64,000 bases of DNA from Planctomycetota bacterium (lineage in GTDB: Bacteria; Planctomycetota; UBA8108; SXIK01): positions 4,412,188-4,476,187 of the forward strand of contig OZ244999.1 of assembly GCA_965223265.1 (NCBI GenBank). The letters are read 5' to 3'. The position numbers and the translations under genes are program-made. Position 1 is the stretch's first letter. The number at the start of each line of letters is the position of its first letter. Positions 40,936-50,573 of the stretch are shown here, piece after piece. The notes beneath the pieces were generated by a model. That model saw only the letters and a list, made by a program, of their open reading frames with translations, searched no databases and was not told the origin of the DNA.

Positions 40936-41020
40936 GCACGTCACGGCCGCACGTCACGGCCTCACGTCACGGCCTCACGTCACGGCCTCACGTCACGGGT
41001 CACGGCCTCACGTCACGGCC
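40936..41020. repeat. 13-bp tandem repeat (TCACGTCACGGCC) x ~6, one copy degenerate
   Basis: GCACGTCACGGCC GCACGTCACGGCC TCACGTCACGGCC TCACGTCACGGCC TCACGTCACGGG TCACGGCC TCACGTCACGGCC. It directly abuts the stop codon (41013-41015) of the minus-strand TPR gene. Confidence 0.85.
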
Positions 41021-43343
41021 ACCACGTCAGGAGACGGCGGAGGCTGGCCGCCGCCGCCTCGTGCAGCTGCGCGGCGCCCGGGTCGGAGGCGGAGTCAGAA
41101 AAGATGTAGATGACCGCATAGCGCTCGGCGGCCGCCGCGGGATCTACGTCCACCTCAGCGTTGGCCTTCTCGAGCTCGTCTCGCAGCCAATGCACGCGTC
41201 GCTCCGCCACAAGGTCGCCGAGCTTCTGCCCCACCGTGCGCGCGAGTCTGAGCAGCAGGTCGCTGCGCGACGGCAGGTCGTCGGGGTCGCTCAGAATCAC
41301 ACCGTCCGCCTCCGGGAGGACGACGCGGTCGCGCAGGATTTCGGCGGCAGTGACCCATAGGCGCTCTTGGTCGAGCTCAAACTCGAGCGCCAGTGCAGCT
41401 TGATAGAGTCTGTGCTCAGTCGGCGCCGACCGCTCCCCCCAACTCAGCTCGGCCAATTGCCGTGGGAGGGCCTGCGCCCGGACAGTCATGCGGTGCAGAC
41501 GCTGGGACGCCAATCGTCGCCGCTCATCCAACAGGCCGCGGGCCAGAGCCGAACTCGGGTCGGGAGCTTCGAGAAGCTGCTCGAGTTCGTGCTGCGCCGC
41601 GTCGAGCTCCTCCGTCGCTTGCTTGCTGGCTTGGCTCGGAGAGAGCTGCATACCGGCCACCATCGGCTGCCGGATCCACCCCGGGCGCAGCGCCCGCGGT
41701 GCGACCCAAAACTCAGCCTGGCGCAGAACGACGACACCCAGCCCCCCGGCGCGCCCGGCCCGGCGCGTGCGCTTGAGCGCATGGCCCGGGAGGCTCCGCA
41801 AGCTGGCCGCTCGAGCGACGACCTCGAGCAGATCGTCCGCAGCGGCGCGGCGCACACGCCAGAGGTCGCACTTGAGGTCCCACTCGTCGGAGGCAAGGGC
41901 GACCTTGAACTCCAGCGTTCCGGCGGGGCCGCGCCCAGCCAGACGCGCCCGAAGACGGGCGGCGCGCAGGCGCAGTGATTTCGCCTGACACCCCGCGACC
42001 TCAGATGCCGCACGCACCCCGTCTGTGGTGGAGACGCCGTCGGCGGCGAAGCGATGGACCGTTTCGCAGAGCGTCGTCGCCAGCTGCAAGCAGAGAAGCG
42101 CGGTGGCGATGCGGCCTTCGTCTTCCAGTTCAAAAGCGCGCAGCGTCAGCTCGTCTGTCAGTTCACGCCGAACCGTGCGCTCGAGTTCTGCGACTCGAGC
42201 GGCTTCGACCAGGTTCTGGCCAGAGCCGAGACCCCTTTCCCCCAAACGCGCCATCTCCGCCAGAGCCGCGTAGGCGACATGCCACACCTCGGCGCGAGCG
42301 GCCTCGACAGCTCTTGAGTACGCCCGCTCGATGCGCGCGCGGTGGACCCGGGCCTCGCCATCAGCCGCGGCCTCGAGCCCGGGGTGGGCGAGGCGGGCCG
42401 ACCGAAAACGCTGCGCGGCCTGATCAAGCACCCCGCTAGCTTCAGACTCCGCCGCCGCCCGCAGCCACTGCAAACCTCGCCGTACAGAAGCAATGACCGT
42501 CGTTGCTCGACGGCACTCATCGAGATGGCGCTCGAGGAGAACGGCCACGTCGGCATCGGAGGCGACATCGTCGCCGACAGCATCGAGGCCGACAGCATCG
42601 AGGCCGAACGCCGAAGTCGCCCCCAGACGACGATCCAGTTCGAGCTGCGCTTGCGTCAGCTCGAGTCGCAGATTCTCCCACCCAGCTTGCAGTTTCTCGA
42701 GACGGCGCTCCTCGGCGGGCAGAGCCGCCCCGAACGTTCGTTCGCTCAGCTCTCGCGAGCGGCTCTCCACGGCCGCACGCAGCGCCGCCGACCACTCCGG
42801 CTGCCGCGCCTCGGGAGCCATCGACGCGCTAAGGAAATCACCGAGGTGGTGCACTCTCTCCCACGATCCCGGAGGCGCGGCTTCAACACGGCGCTCGAGC
42901 GCCGCCAAGTCGACGAGCCCCTGTCGCACGCGAGCGTGGTCGTCTGCCACGAAGATCCACTCGGGCGCATACTCCAGGGCGAGACGATAGTGATGGAGAG
43001 CAGCAGCAAACTCTCCCTGCCGCTCGAGCTCGCGCCCAGCGCCGCGCTCGGCGCGGGCAACTTGTCGCCCAGCCTGCTCGCACGCGCGGCGATAGGAGTC
43101 GGAATCGGGATTCAGCCGGATTGCCTGCCAAAAGTCGCGGTAGGCTGATCGATAATCACCGCTCTCGTAGTGCGCCTCACCACGACGAAACTCGGCACGA
43201 CCGCGGCATCCCGAGCTGATCAAACCGCACGCCAGTACAGCGGCGAGAGTGCTGAGCGCTGCAGCACGCGCACGGCGGCGAGTCTCGAGACGACGGGAAG
43301 CCAGCTCTCGGTGAAGAAGCGAACCGCGCAAGTCTACCGGCAC
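41013..43343 (-). CDS. Hypothetical TPR-like/coiled-coil envelope protein with N-terminal signal or lipoprotein anchor
   Basis: N-terminal AALSTLAAVLACGLISSGC hydrophobic segment with Cys. The TPR-like motif GEAHYESGDYRSAYRDFWQAIRLNP. The rest is Ala/Arg/Glu/Leu-rich helical. High GC means the exact start is uncertain. Confidence 0.55.
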   Translation of the reverse strand: MPVDLRGSLLHRELASRRLETRRRARAAALSTLAAVLACGLISSGCRGRAEFRRGEAHYESGDYRSAYRDFWQAIRLNPDSDSYRRACEQAGRQVARAERGAGRELERQGEFAAALHHYRLALEYAPEWIFVADDHARVRQGLVDLAALERRVEAAPPGSWERVHHLGDFLSASMAPEARQPEWSAALRAAVESRSRELSERTFGAALPAEERRLEKLQAGWENLRLELTQAQLELDRRLGATSAFGLDAVGLDAVGDDVASDADVAVLLERHLDECRRATTVIASVRRGLQWLRAAAESEASGVLDQAAQRFRSARLAHPGLEAAADGEARVHRARIERAYSRAVEAARAEVWHVAYAALAEMARLGERGLGSGQNLVEAARVAELERTVRRELTDELTLRAFELEDEGRIATALLCLQLATTLCETVHRFAADGVSTTDGVRAASEVAGCQAKSLRLRAARLRARLAGRGPAGTLEFKVALASDEWDLKCDLWRVRRAAADDLLEVVARAASLRSLPGHALKRTRRAGRAGGLGVVVLRQAEFWVAPRALRPGWIRQPMVAGMQLSPSQASKQATEELDAAQHELEQLLEAPDPSSALARGLLDERRRLASQRLHRMTVRAQALPRQLAELSWGERSAPTEHRLYQAALALEFELDQERLWVTAAEILRDRVVLPEADGVILSDPDDLPSRSDLLLRLARTVGQKLGDLVAERRVHWLRDELEKANAEVDVDPAAAAERYAVIYIFSDSASDPGAAQLHEAAAASLRRLLTWWP

Positions 43344-43619
43344 CTCACCTCTCGGCGTGAATGTTTTCGAACCGCTCTACGACGGCCGAAAACACTCTCT
43401 CGTGGACCAACGCTCGCAAACGGCCATGGTGCGCGCACGTGGTGCGTGGCGCGCCGCCATCTCGCGCAAGTTGGGTTCGTAGCTCGTGCCCGGCCCGAAA
43501 AACGTACCATCCACCGAGACGCGCGACAAAAACTGGCAGCGTTTCGCGGCCTCTTCGACGTGTTTCCCGAGCTTTCGGCGTGACACCGCGGCGGCGTTAT
43601 CGCCCGATGCTTCGGCAAC

Positions 43620-44750
43620 TCAGACGAGGTTTCCCTGCACGAGAAGGTCGCGGCCGAGGCGTTTCACTTGCGGTTGTTCAAGCCAGGGGGTCTCCTCCAG
43701 CCGCGAGACGCCGGGGCCTCCAACCGCACTTGGCGCGCTCGTCCCACCTGCGATGCGCGGCGCGAGGTAAACCGCCGCCTCGTGCGCTGCCCCAGCAGCC
43801 AAGCACTCACCGAGAAGGGACGCACCTCCTTCGACAAGGACCTGGGAGATGCCAAGCGCGCCGATGCGAGAGAACAGCTCGGTCAACTCGAATTTGCCGC
43901 GGCGCACAGGTGCGACAAGGACCTCGACGCCTTGGGCCGACAGTCGCTGGCGACGACGAGCTGCGACCGCACGCGTCGTGACGTACCACCGCGCCCCGTA
44001 CCCCGAGACGTCTGACTCGGCTTGCAGAAAACGCGACTTCCATGGCAGGCGACCACGGCGGTCCAAAACGAAGCGCGCCGGCGTGCGCCCGCGGGCGGGT
44101 CGTGGATCTAGCCGCGGATCGTCGAGAAGCGCTGTTTGCGTGCCGACGAGCACGGCATCGACGCGCCGTCTTAACCCGTGCGCATGCCTGCGGGCTTTGT
44201 CTCCCGTGATCCATCGCGACTCACCTGCAGCCGTGGCGATCTTCCCGTCGAGCGTCATTGCCCATTTGAGAATCACCCATGGCGTCCCGGTCTCAACCCA
44301 GTGAAAGAACGGCCGATTGAGAGCCAGCGCATCGTCACGGCAGACACCGGCGACGACTTCGATGCCGTGGCGTCGCAGAAGGCGCGGACCGCGGCCGCGC
44401 GCGCGGGAAAATGGATCCGGCGCAGCGTAGATCACACGACGCACGCCGGCGGCGACCAAAGCGTCGGCACACGGCGGCGTCTTGCCATGATGGGCGCAGG
44501 GCTCGAGCGTAATGTACACATCGCTGTGCCTGGCGTCACCGGCATCGCGCAGGGCTTCCACCTCGGCATGATCGCCACCGAAGCGTCGATGGTAGCCTTG
44601 TCCAACGATGCGGCCGCCGCGAACAACGACAGCACCGACCATCGGGTTTGGTGACACGGTCTCGAGGCCACGGCGAGCCAAACGCAACGCGAGACGCATG
44701 AACTCTTCATCGCGTGTCCGGAAAGCTGAGCTCTTCACTTGCTTTGGCAT
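43620..44750 (-). CDS. ribD: Bifunctional riboflavin biosynthesis deaminase/reductase
   Basis: CMP/dCMP deaminase zinc motifs (HAEVEAL...TLEPCAHHGKTPPC) followed by RibD C-terminal reductase domain (TLDGKIA...). Confidence 0.9.
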   Translation of the reverse strand: MPKQVKSSAFRTRDEEFMRLALRLARRGLETVSPNPMVGAVVVRGGRIVGQGYHRRFGGDHAEVEALRDAGDARHSDVYITLEPCAHHGKTPPCADALVAAGVRRVIYAAPDPFSRARGRGPRLLRRHGIEVVAGVCRDDALALNRPFFHWVETGTPWVILKWAMTLDGKIATAAGESRWITGDKARRHAHGLRRRVDAVLVGTQTALLDDPRLDPRPARGRTPARFVLDRRGRLPWKSRFLQAESDVSGYGARWYVTTRAVAARRRQRLSAQGVEVLVAPVRRGKFELTELFSRIGALGISQVLVEGGASLLGECLAAGAAHEAAVYLAPRIAGGTSAPSAVGGPGVSRLEETPWLEQPQVKRLGRDLLVQGNLV

Positions 44751-44848
44751 CGATCCTCAGCGCTCGGCGCTGGCCACCATCCACCCCGTCGCGACGGAAA
44801 CCCGCGGCAGATCTGAACGCGAAACGCACGATTCATTCCGCAGTCGTT

Positions 44849-46312
44849 TCACTCCGCCGGATCGACGCGTTCGCCGACCAAGACGACGTTGGTCGCCTCG
44901 CGGATGCGAACATCGACCCGTTGACCGATCACGCCCTCGCTCTCAGAGCCCGGAAAAACGACGATTTGGTGGCGCCGGTTACGCCCACACAAGCGCGTTG
45001 GGTCAAGCTTACTCACGCCTTCGACCAACACCTCTTCGACGTGCCCTATTCGCTCCGCATAGATTTCGCGGGCGATGCGCTCGACTGTCTGCAGAAGGCG
45101 CTGATGGCGCTCCCGCTTGACTTCTTCTGGCACGTCGTCGCTCGCCGTCATTGCCGCGCGAGTGCCCGCCCGCTCGGAGTACTTAAAAGCAAACGCACCT
45201 TGAAAACGAATCTCCTCCGCAAGGCGGATCGTCGCGTCAAACTCCGCATCCGTTTCGCCGCAAAATCCAACGATGAAGTCGGTCGCAAGACCCAAATCCG
45301 GAATCTTTTCACGACACTCGTCGATCACGCGGCGGTAGTGGTCGATTGTGTGGGTCCGCAGCATTCTTTTGAGGACAGCATCGTGGCCCGATTGAACAGG
45401 CAGGTGTAGGTATCTCTTCACCTTGTCGAGGACCGCCATCGCCTCGATGAGCTCAGGAAACATGAAGCGGGGATGCGACGTAATGAAGCTAATGCGCTCC
45501 AACCCACGAATTTTTGCTAGCTCGTAGAGCACATGGTGCAGTCCGATCTGGCGACCCTTCGCCAGTCGCTTGCCGTACGAGTTGACCGTCTGCCCGAGAA
45601 GCGTGATCTCCCGCACTCCCTGGTCGACTAAAACACGAGCTTCCTCAACGATGTCACGCACTGGTCGGCTGACTTCCTTGCCGCGTGTCGTCGGCACGAC
45701 ACAAAACGTGCACGCCTGATCACAGCCACGCATGACCGAAATGAAGGCTTGAAAAGGCGTCGGTCCAAGATTACGTCGGCGATGAAAGTGCGGCTCGACC
45801 TCGAGATCGAGAGCAGCCACCTGCGCGCCGGCGCGCGCCTTCGTGATGAGCTCTGGGAGGCGCAGAAACTCTCCTGGGCCACAAACGATGCCGACTTGCG
45901 GATAGCGCTTGAAGATCGTTTCGCGATGGTTCTGCGCACTGCAACCGAGCACGCCGATGACGACATCAGGGCGCCGCTCTTTCAACGGCCGGAGCGAACC
46001 GACCTTAGAGAAGACGCGATTCTCAGCCTGTTCACGGATGGCGCACGTGTTGTAGAGAACAACTCCGGCATCTCGGACGTTACGTGTCAGGCGGTAGCCC
46101 TCGTCGTACAGGACGCTCATCATGAGCTCCGCGTCCAGTTTGTTCATCTGGCAGCCGAACACCTCAAAGTAGACCCGTTTCTGGCGCGGCACGCCGGCGG
46201 CTTCAGCTTCGTCGACGTCGACGCCGTCCTCAGCGTGGAGGAAACTCGAGAGGTAGCTGCTGGCACCACGCGAAGGCGCGGTGGAAGGTTTGACAACGGG
46301 CAACGGCTGCAT
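44849..46312 (-). CDS. miaB: tRNA-i6A37 methylthiotransferase
   Basis: N-terminal MTTase domain (FGCQMN), radical-SAM CxxxCxxC (CDQACTFCVVP) and a C-terminal TRAM domain. Confidence 0.9.
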   Translation of the reverse strand: MQPLPVVKPSTAPSRGASSYLSSFLHAEDGVDVDEAEAAGVPRQKRVYFEVFGCQMNKLDAELMMSVLYDEGYRLTRNVRDAGVVLYNTCAIREQAENRVFSKVGSLRPLKERRPDVVIGVLGCSAQNHRETIFKRYPQVGIVCGPGEFLRLPELITKARAGAQVAALDLEVEPHFHRRRNLGPTPFQAFISVMRGCDQACTFCVVPTTRGKEVSRPVRDIVEEARVLVDQGVREITLLGQTVNSYGKRLAKGRQIGLHHVLYELAKIRGLERISFITSHPRFMFPELIEAMAVLDKVKRYLHLPVQSGHDAVLKRMLRTHTIDHYRRVIDECREKIPDLGLATDFIVGFCGETDAEFDATIRLAEEIRFQGAFAFKYSERAGTRAAMTASDDVPEEVKRERHQRLLQTVERIAREIYAERIGHVEEVLVEGVSKLDPTRLCGRNRRHQIVVFPGSESEGVIGQRVDVRIREATNVVLVGERVDPAE

Positions 46313-46576
46313 AGGTCCTCGTGGCGTTGAAAGGAACTATGTTAAAGCGATGCGAAGAGGTGTCAAGCTGGCGCGCCGAAGGCCGGGGAAGACAGATCTT
46401 GGCGACGCGGTTCGCGTGCCACCTGCCACCTGCCACCTGCCGAGGCACGTCGGAAGCCAAAGCCTGCCGTCTGGAGCCCCGGCTCACGTCCCTCGGTCTT
46501 GTCGGCTGGTGCCCGAGTCGAACGTCGACCGAGTCGACAAAGGTCAGGCGCGGAGGCCGTCGGGCACGCTCGGAGG

Positions 46577-48223
46577 TCAGGAGCGAAGAAACAAACGTGC
46601 GATGAGCACGCCGGCAAGCGCGAAGCCAAGAAGCCCCATAACGACCGGCAAACGGTCCGTCTTGAGATCACTGCCGGCGAGAAGAATGGCCGAGCTAATG
46701 GCCAAGCCGCAGATCATCAGGGCAACCGGGACGCGGAGCGAAATCTGCTCGAGACGTCGTTCGACGCGGTCCATTTCACGCAGGTTCATTTGCAATTCCA
46801 GTTTCCCTTCGGCACCTCGCCGCAGGATCTCTGCCAAGTTGGCCGGGTAGGAGCGAGCCGCACTCAAGATCTCCGCTGTCTCACCGCGTAAGTCACGAAG
46901 GACACGGTCCGGCGACCAACGACGGCGGAACATGTCGAGCGCATAGGGACGCACCGCAGAGACGACTTCCAGATGCGGTGCGCACAGGCGTAGGACGCTC
47001 TCGAGCAGCACGAGCGTTCTCCCCACTTGAACGTACTGCGTCGGAAGCGAGATCCCATTGCGCACAACAATCTCGAAAAGCGAGTTGAAGAGCTCGTCGA
47101 CGTGGATCTCTGCAAGCTCGGTGCCGTAGAGAGGATCAAGAGTTTCCATGAGCTCAGCGGCCAATGTCCGGACGTCGATCTCATGCTGCAGCTTTCCTTG
47201 CTTCAACGCCCAGCGTGCGACGGCATCGTAGTTCCTGCGAACGAGCGCAATGATCAAGGTCAGCATATCGTCTGTCATCTGCGGCGTGCAGAGACCGACG
47301 TGGCCGAAGTCGATGAGCCCGACGCGCCCGTCGGACATGAGGATGAAGTTTCCTGGGTGAGGATCTCCATGGTAGAACCCGTGCTCGAACACCTGTTTCA
47401 GCAGTGTGAGTGCTATTGCGGTCCCAATCTCGGCGCCGCGGACCGGGTCCAGCGGCGAGCTGCGCAGGGACGAGAGCCGGCGTCCTTCGAGGTACTCTAC
47501 GGTGAGCACGCTGTCGCGCGATCGCTCCACGTCGACGCGCGGCACGTAGACGACCGAGTCGGAAGGCAACTGCTCGCGAGCGCGGACCAAGTGTCGACAC
47601 TCGAAGTCGAAGTGCAGCTCCTGCGTGATGGCACGTTCAAATTGACGGACGATCCCCTCGGCGTCGATGAAGCTCAAGTCGCGCCACCCTGAGAGGAACT
47701 CCGCCAGCAGCCGAAGAACCCACAAGTCTTCCCGAATCAACTTTTCGATGCCGCGCCTCCGCACCTTCACCACGACCGACTCGCCGTCGCGCGTCCGCGC
47801 CAGGTGCACCTGGGCGATGGAGGCCGTCGCCAACGCCTTGGAGTCGATCTCAGCGAAGAACTCGTCGACCTTTCCACCAAAGGCCTCAGCGAGAGTTTTC
47901 TCGACTGCGGCAAACGGCTCGGCGGCGACGTTGTCCTGGAGCTGGCTCAACTCAGCCACGTAGGCGGGAGGCACGAGATCCGGACGAGTGCTGAGCATCT
48001 GGCCAAACTTGATGAACGTCGGCCCGAGCTCCTCGAGCGCCATACGCAGCCGTTCGGGCTGCTGGACCGTTTCGCGAGGTTCACGCTTGAGGAATTTGCG
48101 CAGTCGCGTCCGGACAGGCGCCTGCAGCACGTCCGACACCTGGTGGAATCCGTGCTTGCCAAGGATGAGGGCGATATCCTTGATGCGCGGAATACTCCGG
48201 AGCGTCCTCAGCGAACGCAGCAT
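46577..48223 (-). CDS. ubiB: UbiB/ABC1 atypical kinase family protein
   Basis: ABC1 family motifs (KFGQMLSTRPDLVPP, AASIAQVH, HGDPHPGN, IDFG). C-terminal TM helices. Confidence 0.85.
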   Translation of the reverse strand: MLRSLRTLRSIPRIKDIALILGKHGFHQVSDVLQAPVRTRLRKFLKREPRETVQQPERLRMALEELGPTFIKFGQMLSTRPDLVPPAYVAELSQLQDNVAAEPFAAVEKTLAEAFGGKVDEFFAEIDSKALATASIAQVHLARTRDGESVVVKVRRRGIEKLIREDLWVLRLLAEFLSGWRDLSFIDAEGIVRQFERAITQELHFDFECRHLVRAREQLPSDSVVYVPRVDVERSRDSVLTVEYLEGRRLSSLRSSPLDPVRGAEIGTAIALTLLKQVFEHGFYHGDPHPGNFILMSDGRVGLIDFGHVGLCTPQMTDDMLTLIIALVRRNYDAVARWALKQGKLQHEIDVRTLAAELMETLDPLYGTELAEIHVDELFNSLFEIVVRNGISLPTQYVQVGRTLVLLESVLRLCAPHLEVVSAVRPYALDMFRRRWSPDRVLRDLRGETAEILSAARSYPANLAEILRRGAEGKLELQMNLREMDRVERRLEQISLRVPVALMICGLAISSAILLAGSDLKTDRLPVVMGLLGFALAGVLIARLFLRS

Positions 48224-48232
48224 GAAACGGCG

Positions 48233-48565
48233 CTACCCTTCCGAACTTGGCTCGACGACGTCCGGCGCTTCAGCCGCAAGACGCTGCTCAAGCGCTGTGA
48301 CCCTTTGCTCGAGGCGCTCCAGCTCCTGGCGCGCAGCGAACGGAGTCTTGCTGATCCAACGCTCAAGCTCGGACTGAATGCGTTCCGAGAACTCCCGACT
48401 CTCCTCTTCGCCCTTGGCGGCAAGGGTCTCAACAACCTTCGCGCCCTGATCCTTCGTCAGCTCCCCTCGCGAGACGAGATCATCGATCGACGTTTTGAGC
48501 TTTTCCTGGGCGACGGAAAAGGCACCGAGACTCGCGTAGAGAGTTGTTCGCAGCGAATCGAGCAT
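48233..48565 (-). CDS. Phasin-family (PHA granule-associated) protein
   Basis: Small helical protein with the characteristic phasin pattern (LRTTLYASLGAF...KTSIDDLV). Start at 48565 is preceded by GGAGGTGA-N7; the longer ORF to 48610 is less likely. Confidence 0.6.
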   Translation of the reverse strand: MLDSLRTTLYASLGAFSVAQEKLKTSIDDLVSRGELTKDQGAKVVETLAAKGEEESREFSERIQSELERWISKTPFAARQELERLEQRVTALEQRLAAEAPDVVEPSSEG

Positions 48566-48899
48566 GATGTAATCACCTCCAAATGATAAGCGACGGGTAG
48601 AAAGCCGCATCTTCTTCTTCGGCCGTTGATCTCACTGTCCACACTCGGAGGCCGCTCTCGGAGACTGCTCCCGGAGATCACTCTCGCAAATCGCAGCGCC
48701 GCCTCGCGTGAGCACTCAGCTACGGCGCCGGGGTGGAGCCTCGAAACGGCCCACTTTTCCTGCGCGCAACCCGGGACTTCTCTGTGGCGCCGCAAGGCAG
48801 TCCGTAACCCGGCTTCGTGTCGCAGCGTCCACCGATCGTTAGAACCGGGGCTGTCATGCAATCGAGCCGGACGCGGGACGTCTAGCCTCAGGGCGCTCT

Positions 48900-49925
48900 T
48901 CAAAGGGCTTCCAGACAGCGATTCAGTTTGTCGATCAGGTCAGGCAACGCTCCGGTAAACCGACAACCGGCGGCCTTTGCATGTCCACCACCACCGAACT
49001 CGCGAGCAATCGATTCCACCTCAGCGTCGCCCGTCGCCCGCAAGCTCACTTTAAAGCTGTTCGGCTCAGTTTCAACCACGAGAGCGAAAATGCGGGCGCC
49101 ACGAATCGATTTGAGCTGGTCGATCATGCCGTCGAGCTCAGCGAGGTCGAGACCGGCTCGTTCATTGAGGCGGATCACGGACCAAATGAAGTCGCCGTCG
49201 CGCTCAACGCGGACATTACTCAATGAGACGCCGAGAACTCTCGCTCGCTCCGGCGACAAGTCGTGATAAATCTGGTCGTGGAGGGATTCAACATCCAGGC
49301 GATGGGCGGAAAGCCTCGCCGCGTCGGCGAGCGCCCACGGTCCCGTGTTCGAAAACCGGAACCAACCGGTGTCGGTCGCGATCGCAATCCAGAGAGCCTG
49401 TGCCATCGTATCGTCGAGTTCGATCTCGAGGCGGTCGAGCAGCGCCAAAACAAGCGACCCCGTCGCGGGAGCCTCCGGCACCACGAGCTCGTGGTCGTAG
49501 CGGCCCACCTCCTGTGTCCTGTGGTGATCGATACAGATGCGACGCGCCCCCGGCGCAAAGAACAGCGGCTCGAAGTCCCCGATGCGGCTCGGCTCGCTGG
49601 TGTCCAGGGCCACGAACCAGTCGGTCGGTGCGAGCTTGGCCGCGAATTCATCGGGGTTGACCTGACTCATGACGCCGGGCGGCATGAGAGGCTCGTAGCG
49701 CTTCGGAATCTGCTGCGCGGTGACGGCGCGCGCCTCTTTGCCGAGCGAGCGGAGTCCGAGTGCCAACGCGACGGCCGAACCCAGGGCGTCACCGTCAGGA
49801 CCGACGTGGGTCGCGATCACAAAGCTCTTCGACGCCGAAATTGCGGCGGCCATCTCATCGAGGATGTCGGCCGCAGGACGTCCAGAAAGCGAGTCGCGCG
49901 CTAGATCGATCGGGAGTGAGCTCAT
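48900..49925 (-). CDS. nrnA: DHH/DHHA1 phosphoesterase, NrnA-like bifunctional oligoribonuclease/pAp phosphatase
   Basis: DHH motifs (IATHVGPDGDALGS, DHH at ICIDHHRTQ) and DHHA1 GGGH motif (FGGGGHAKAAG). The start is ambiguous between 49925 and 49973; the shorter one fits the family N-terminus. Confidence 0.8.
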   Translation of the reverse strand: MSSLPIDLARDSLSGRPAADILDEMAAAISASKSFVIATHVGPDGDALGSAVALALGLRSLGKEARAVTAQQIPKRYEPLMPPGVMSQVNPDEFAAKLAPTDWFVALDTSEPSRIGDFEPLFFAPGARRICIDHHRTQEVGRYDHELVVPEAPATGSLVLALLDRLEIELDDTMAQALWIAIATDTGWFRFSNTGPWALADAARLSAHRLDVESLHDQIYHDLSPERARVLGVSLSNVRVERDGDFIWSVIRLNERAGLDLAELDGMIDQLKSIRGARIFALVVETEPNSFKVSLRATGDAEVESIAREFGGGGHAKAAGCRFTGALPDLIDKLNRCLEAL

Positions 49926-50081
49926 GGAACGGTAGGACACCCTATGGCCGCAACCGGAGCTGGCGCTGAACATCTGGGAAAATATTGACTAAACGCCATA
50001 TTTTTATTTTGTTTCAAAACTATCTGGATGGGACGATCGCCTGAAAGAACCCAATCGCATTGAATAGCGCGCCATGAGTCC

Positions 50082-50112
50082 CCCGCTGCATCGTCACCCG
50101 CTGCATCGTCAC
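50082..50112. repeat. 15/16-bp perfect direct tandem repeat CCGCTGCATCGTCAC x2
   Basis: CCCGCTGCATCGTCAC CCGCTGCATCGTCAC. Sits in the 650-bp divergent intergenic region between nrnA and the XRE regulator gene, just right of an AT-rich island (49975-50060). Confidence 0.8.
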
Positions 50113-50573
50113 CTGCCGTCCACGTCGGCAAGGCGGCAGATCGACAGGAGGGGCTGCGAATTTCGCCGCGACCACGGCGCAGACAGCCAACAAATGCCGG
50201 ATCACCGATCCAACTTCGGCACGCTCGCGGGTTGCGCTTGTACTCGCTTCTACGGAATCTCGTCAAGCCTGCCGCTCGGCGATTGTTTTTGACGACATGG
50301 AGTTGCTACGATCCAATATGTTATCTCCCCTTTTTGGCTTCTGGAAGCAACCGTGTTCGGTTGTTCTCAGCGAAATCCGCGCGGGATGCAAGACAGATGG
50401 TGGTGTTATGGTGGTCTCCGATTGTGCGGCTGGCAGAACCACACTGTCGACAGGTCCGGCTGGCGATGGCTGCCCGTCCATTCGGGAAGGGTCGTTTGCC
50501 GCGGCGACGTCAGGAACTGCGACGGGAGCGACGTCGGGAGCCAGTCACGGAGCCACTTACGGAGCGGGTCCTG

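Noticed and set aside
42342-43148. 268-aa plus-strand ORF (and several 41-43 kb Arg/Pro-rich ORFs)
   Set aside because: It is antisense or off-frame within the TPR envelope gene. The extreme local GC content produces many long open frames.
44751-44848. Possible FMN riboswitch upstream of ribD
   Set aside because: Only 98 bp separate ribD from the miaB stop, and I could not recognise RFN-element conserved segments in either orientation.
50232-50573. N-terminal 114-codon extension of the XRE regulator ORF, and the 72-96-aa ORFs at 50074..50587
   Set aside because: Their translations are Arg/Cys/Trp-rich with no motif. The HTH begins right after the Met at 50574, so I treat the region as 5' UTR or promoter.
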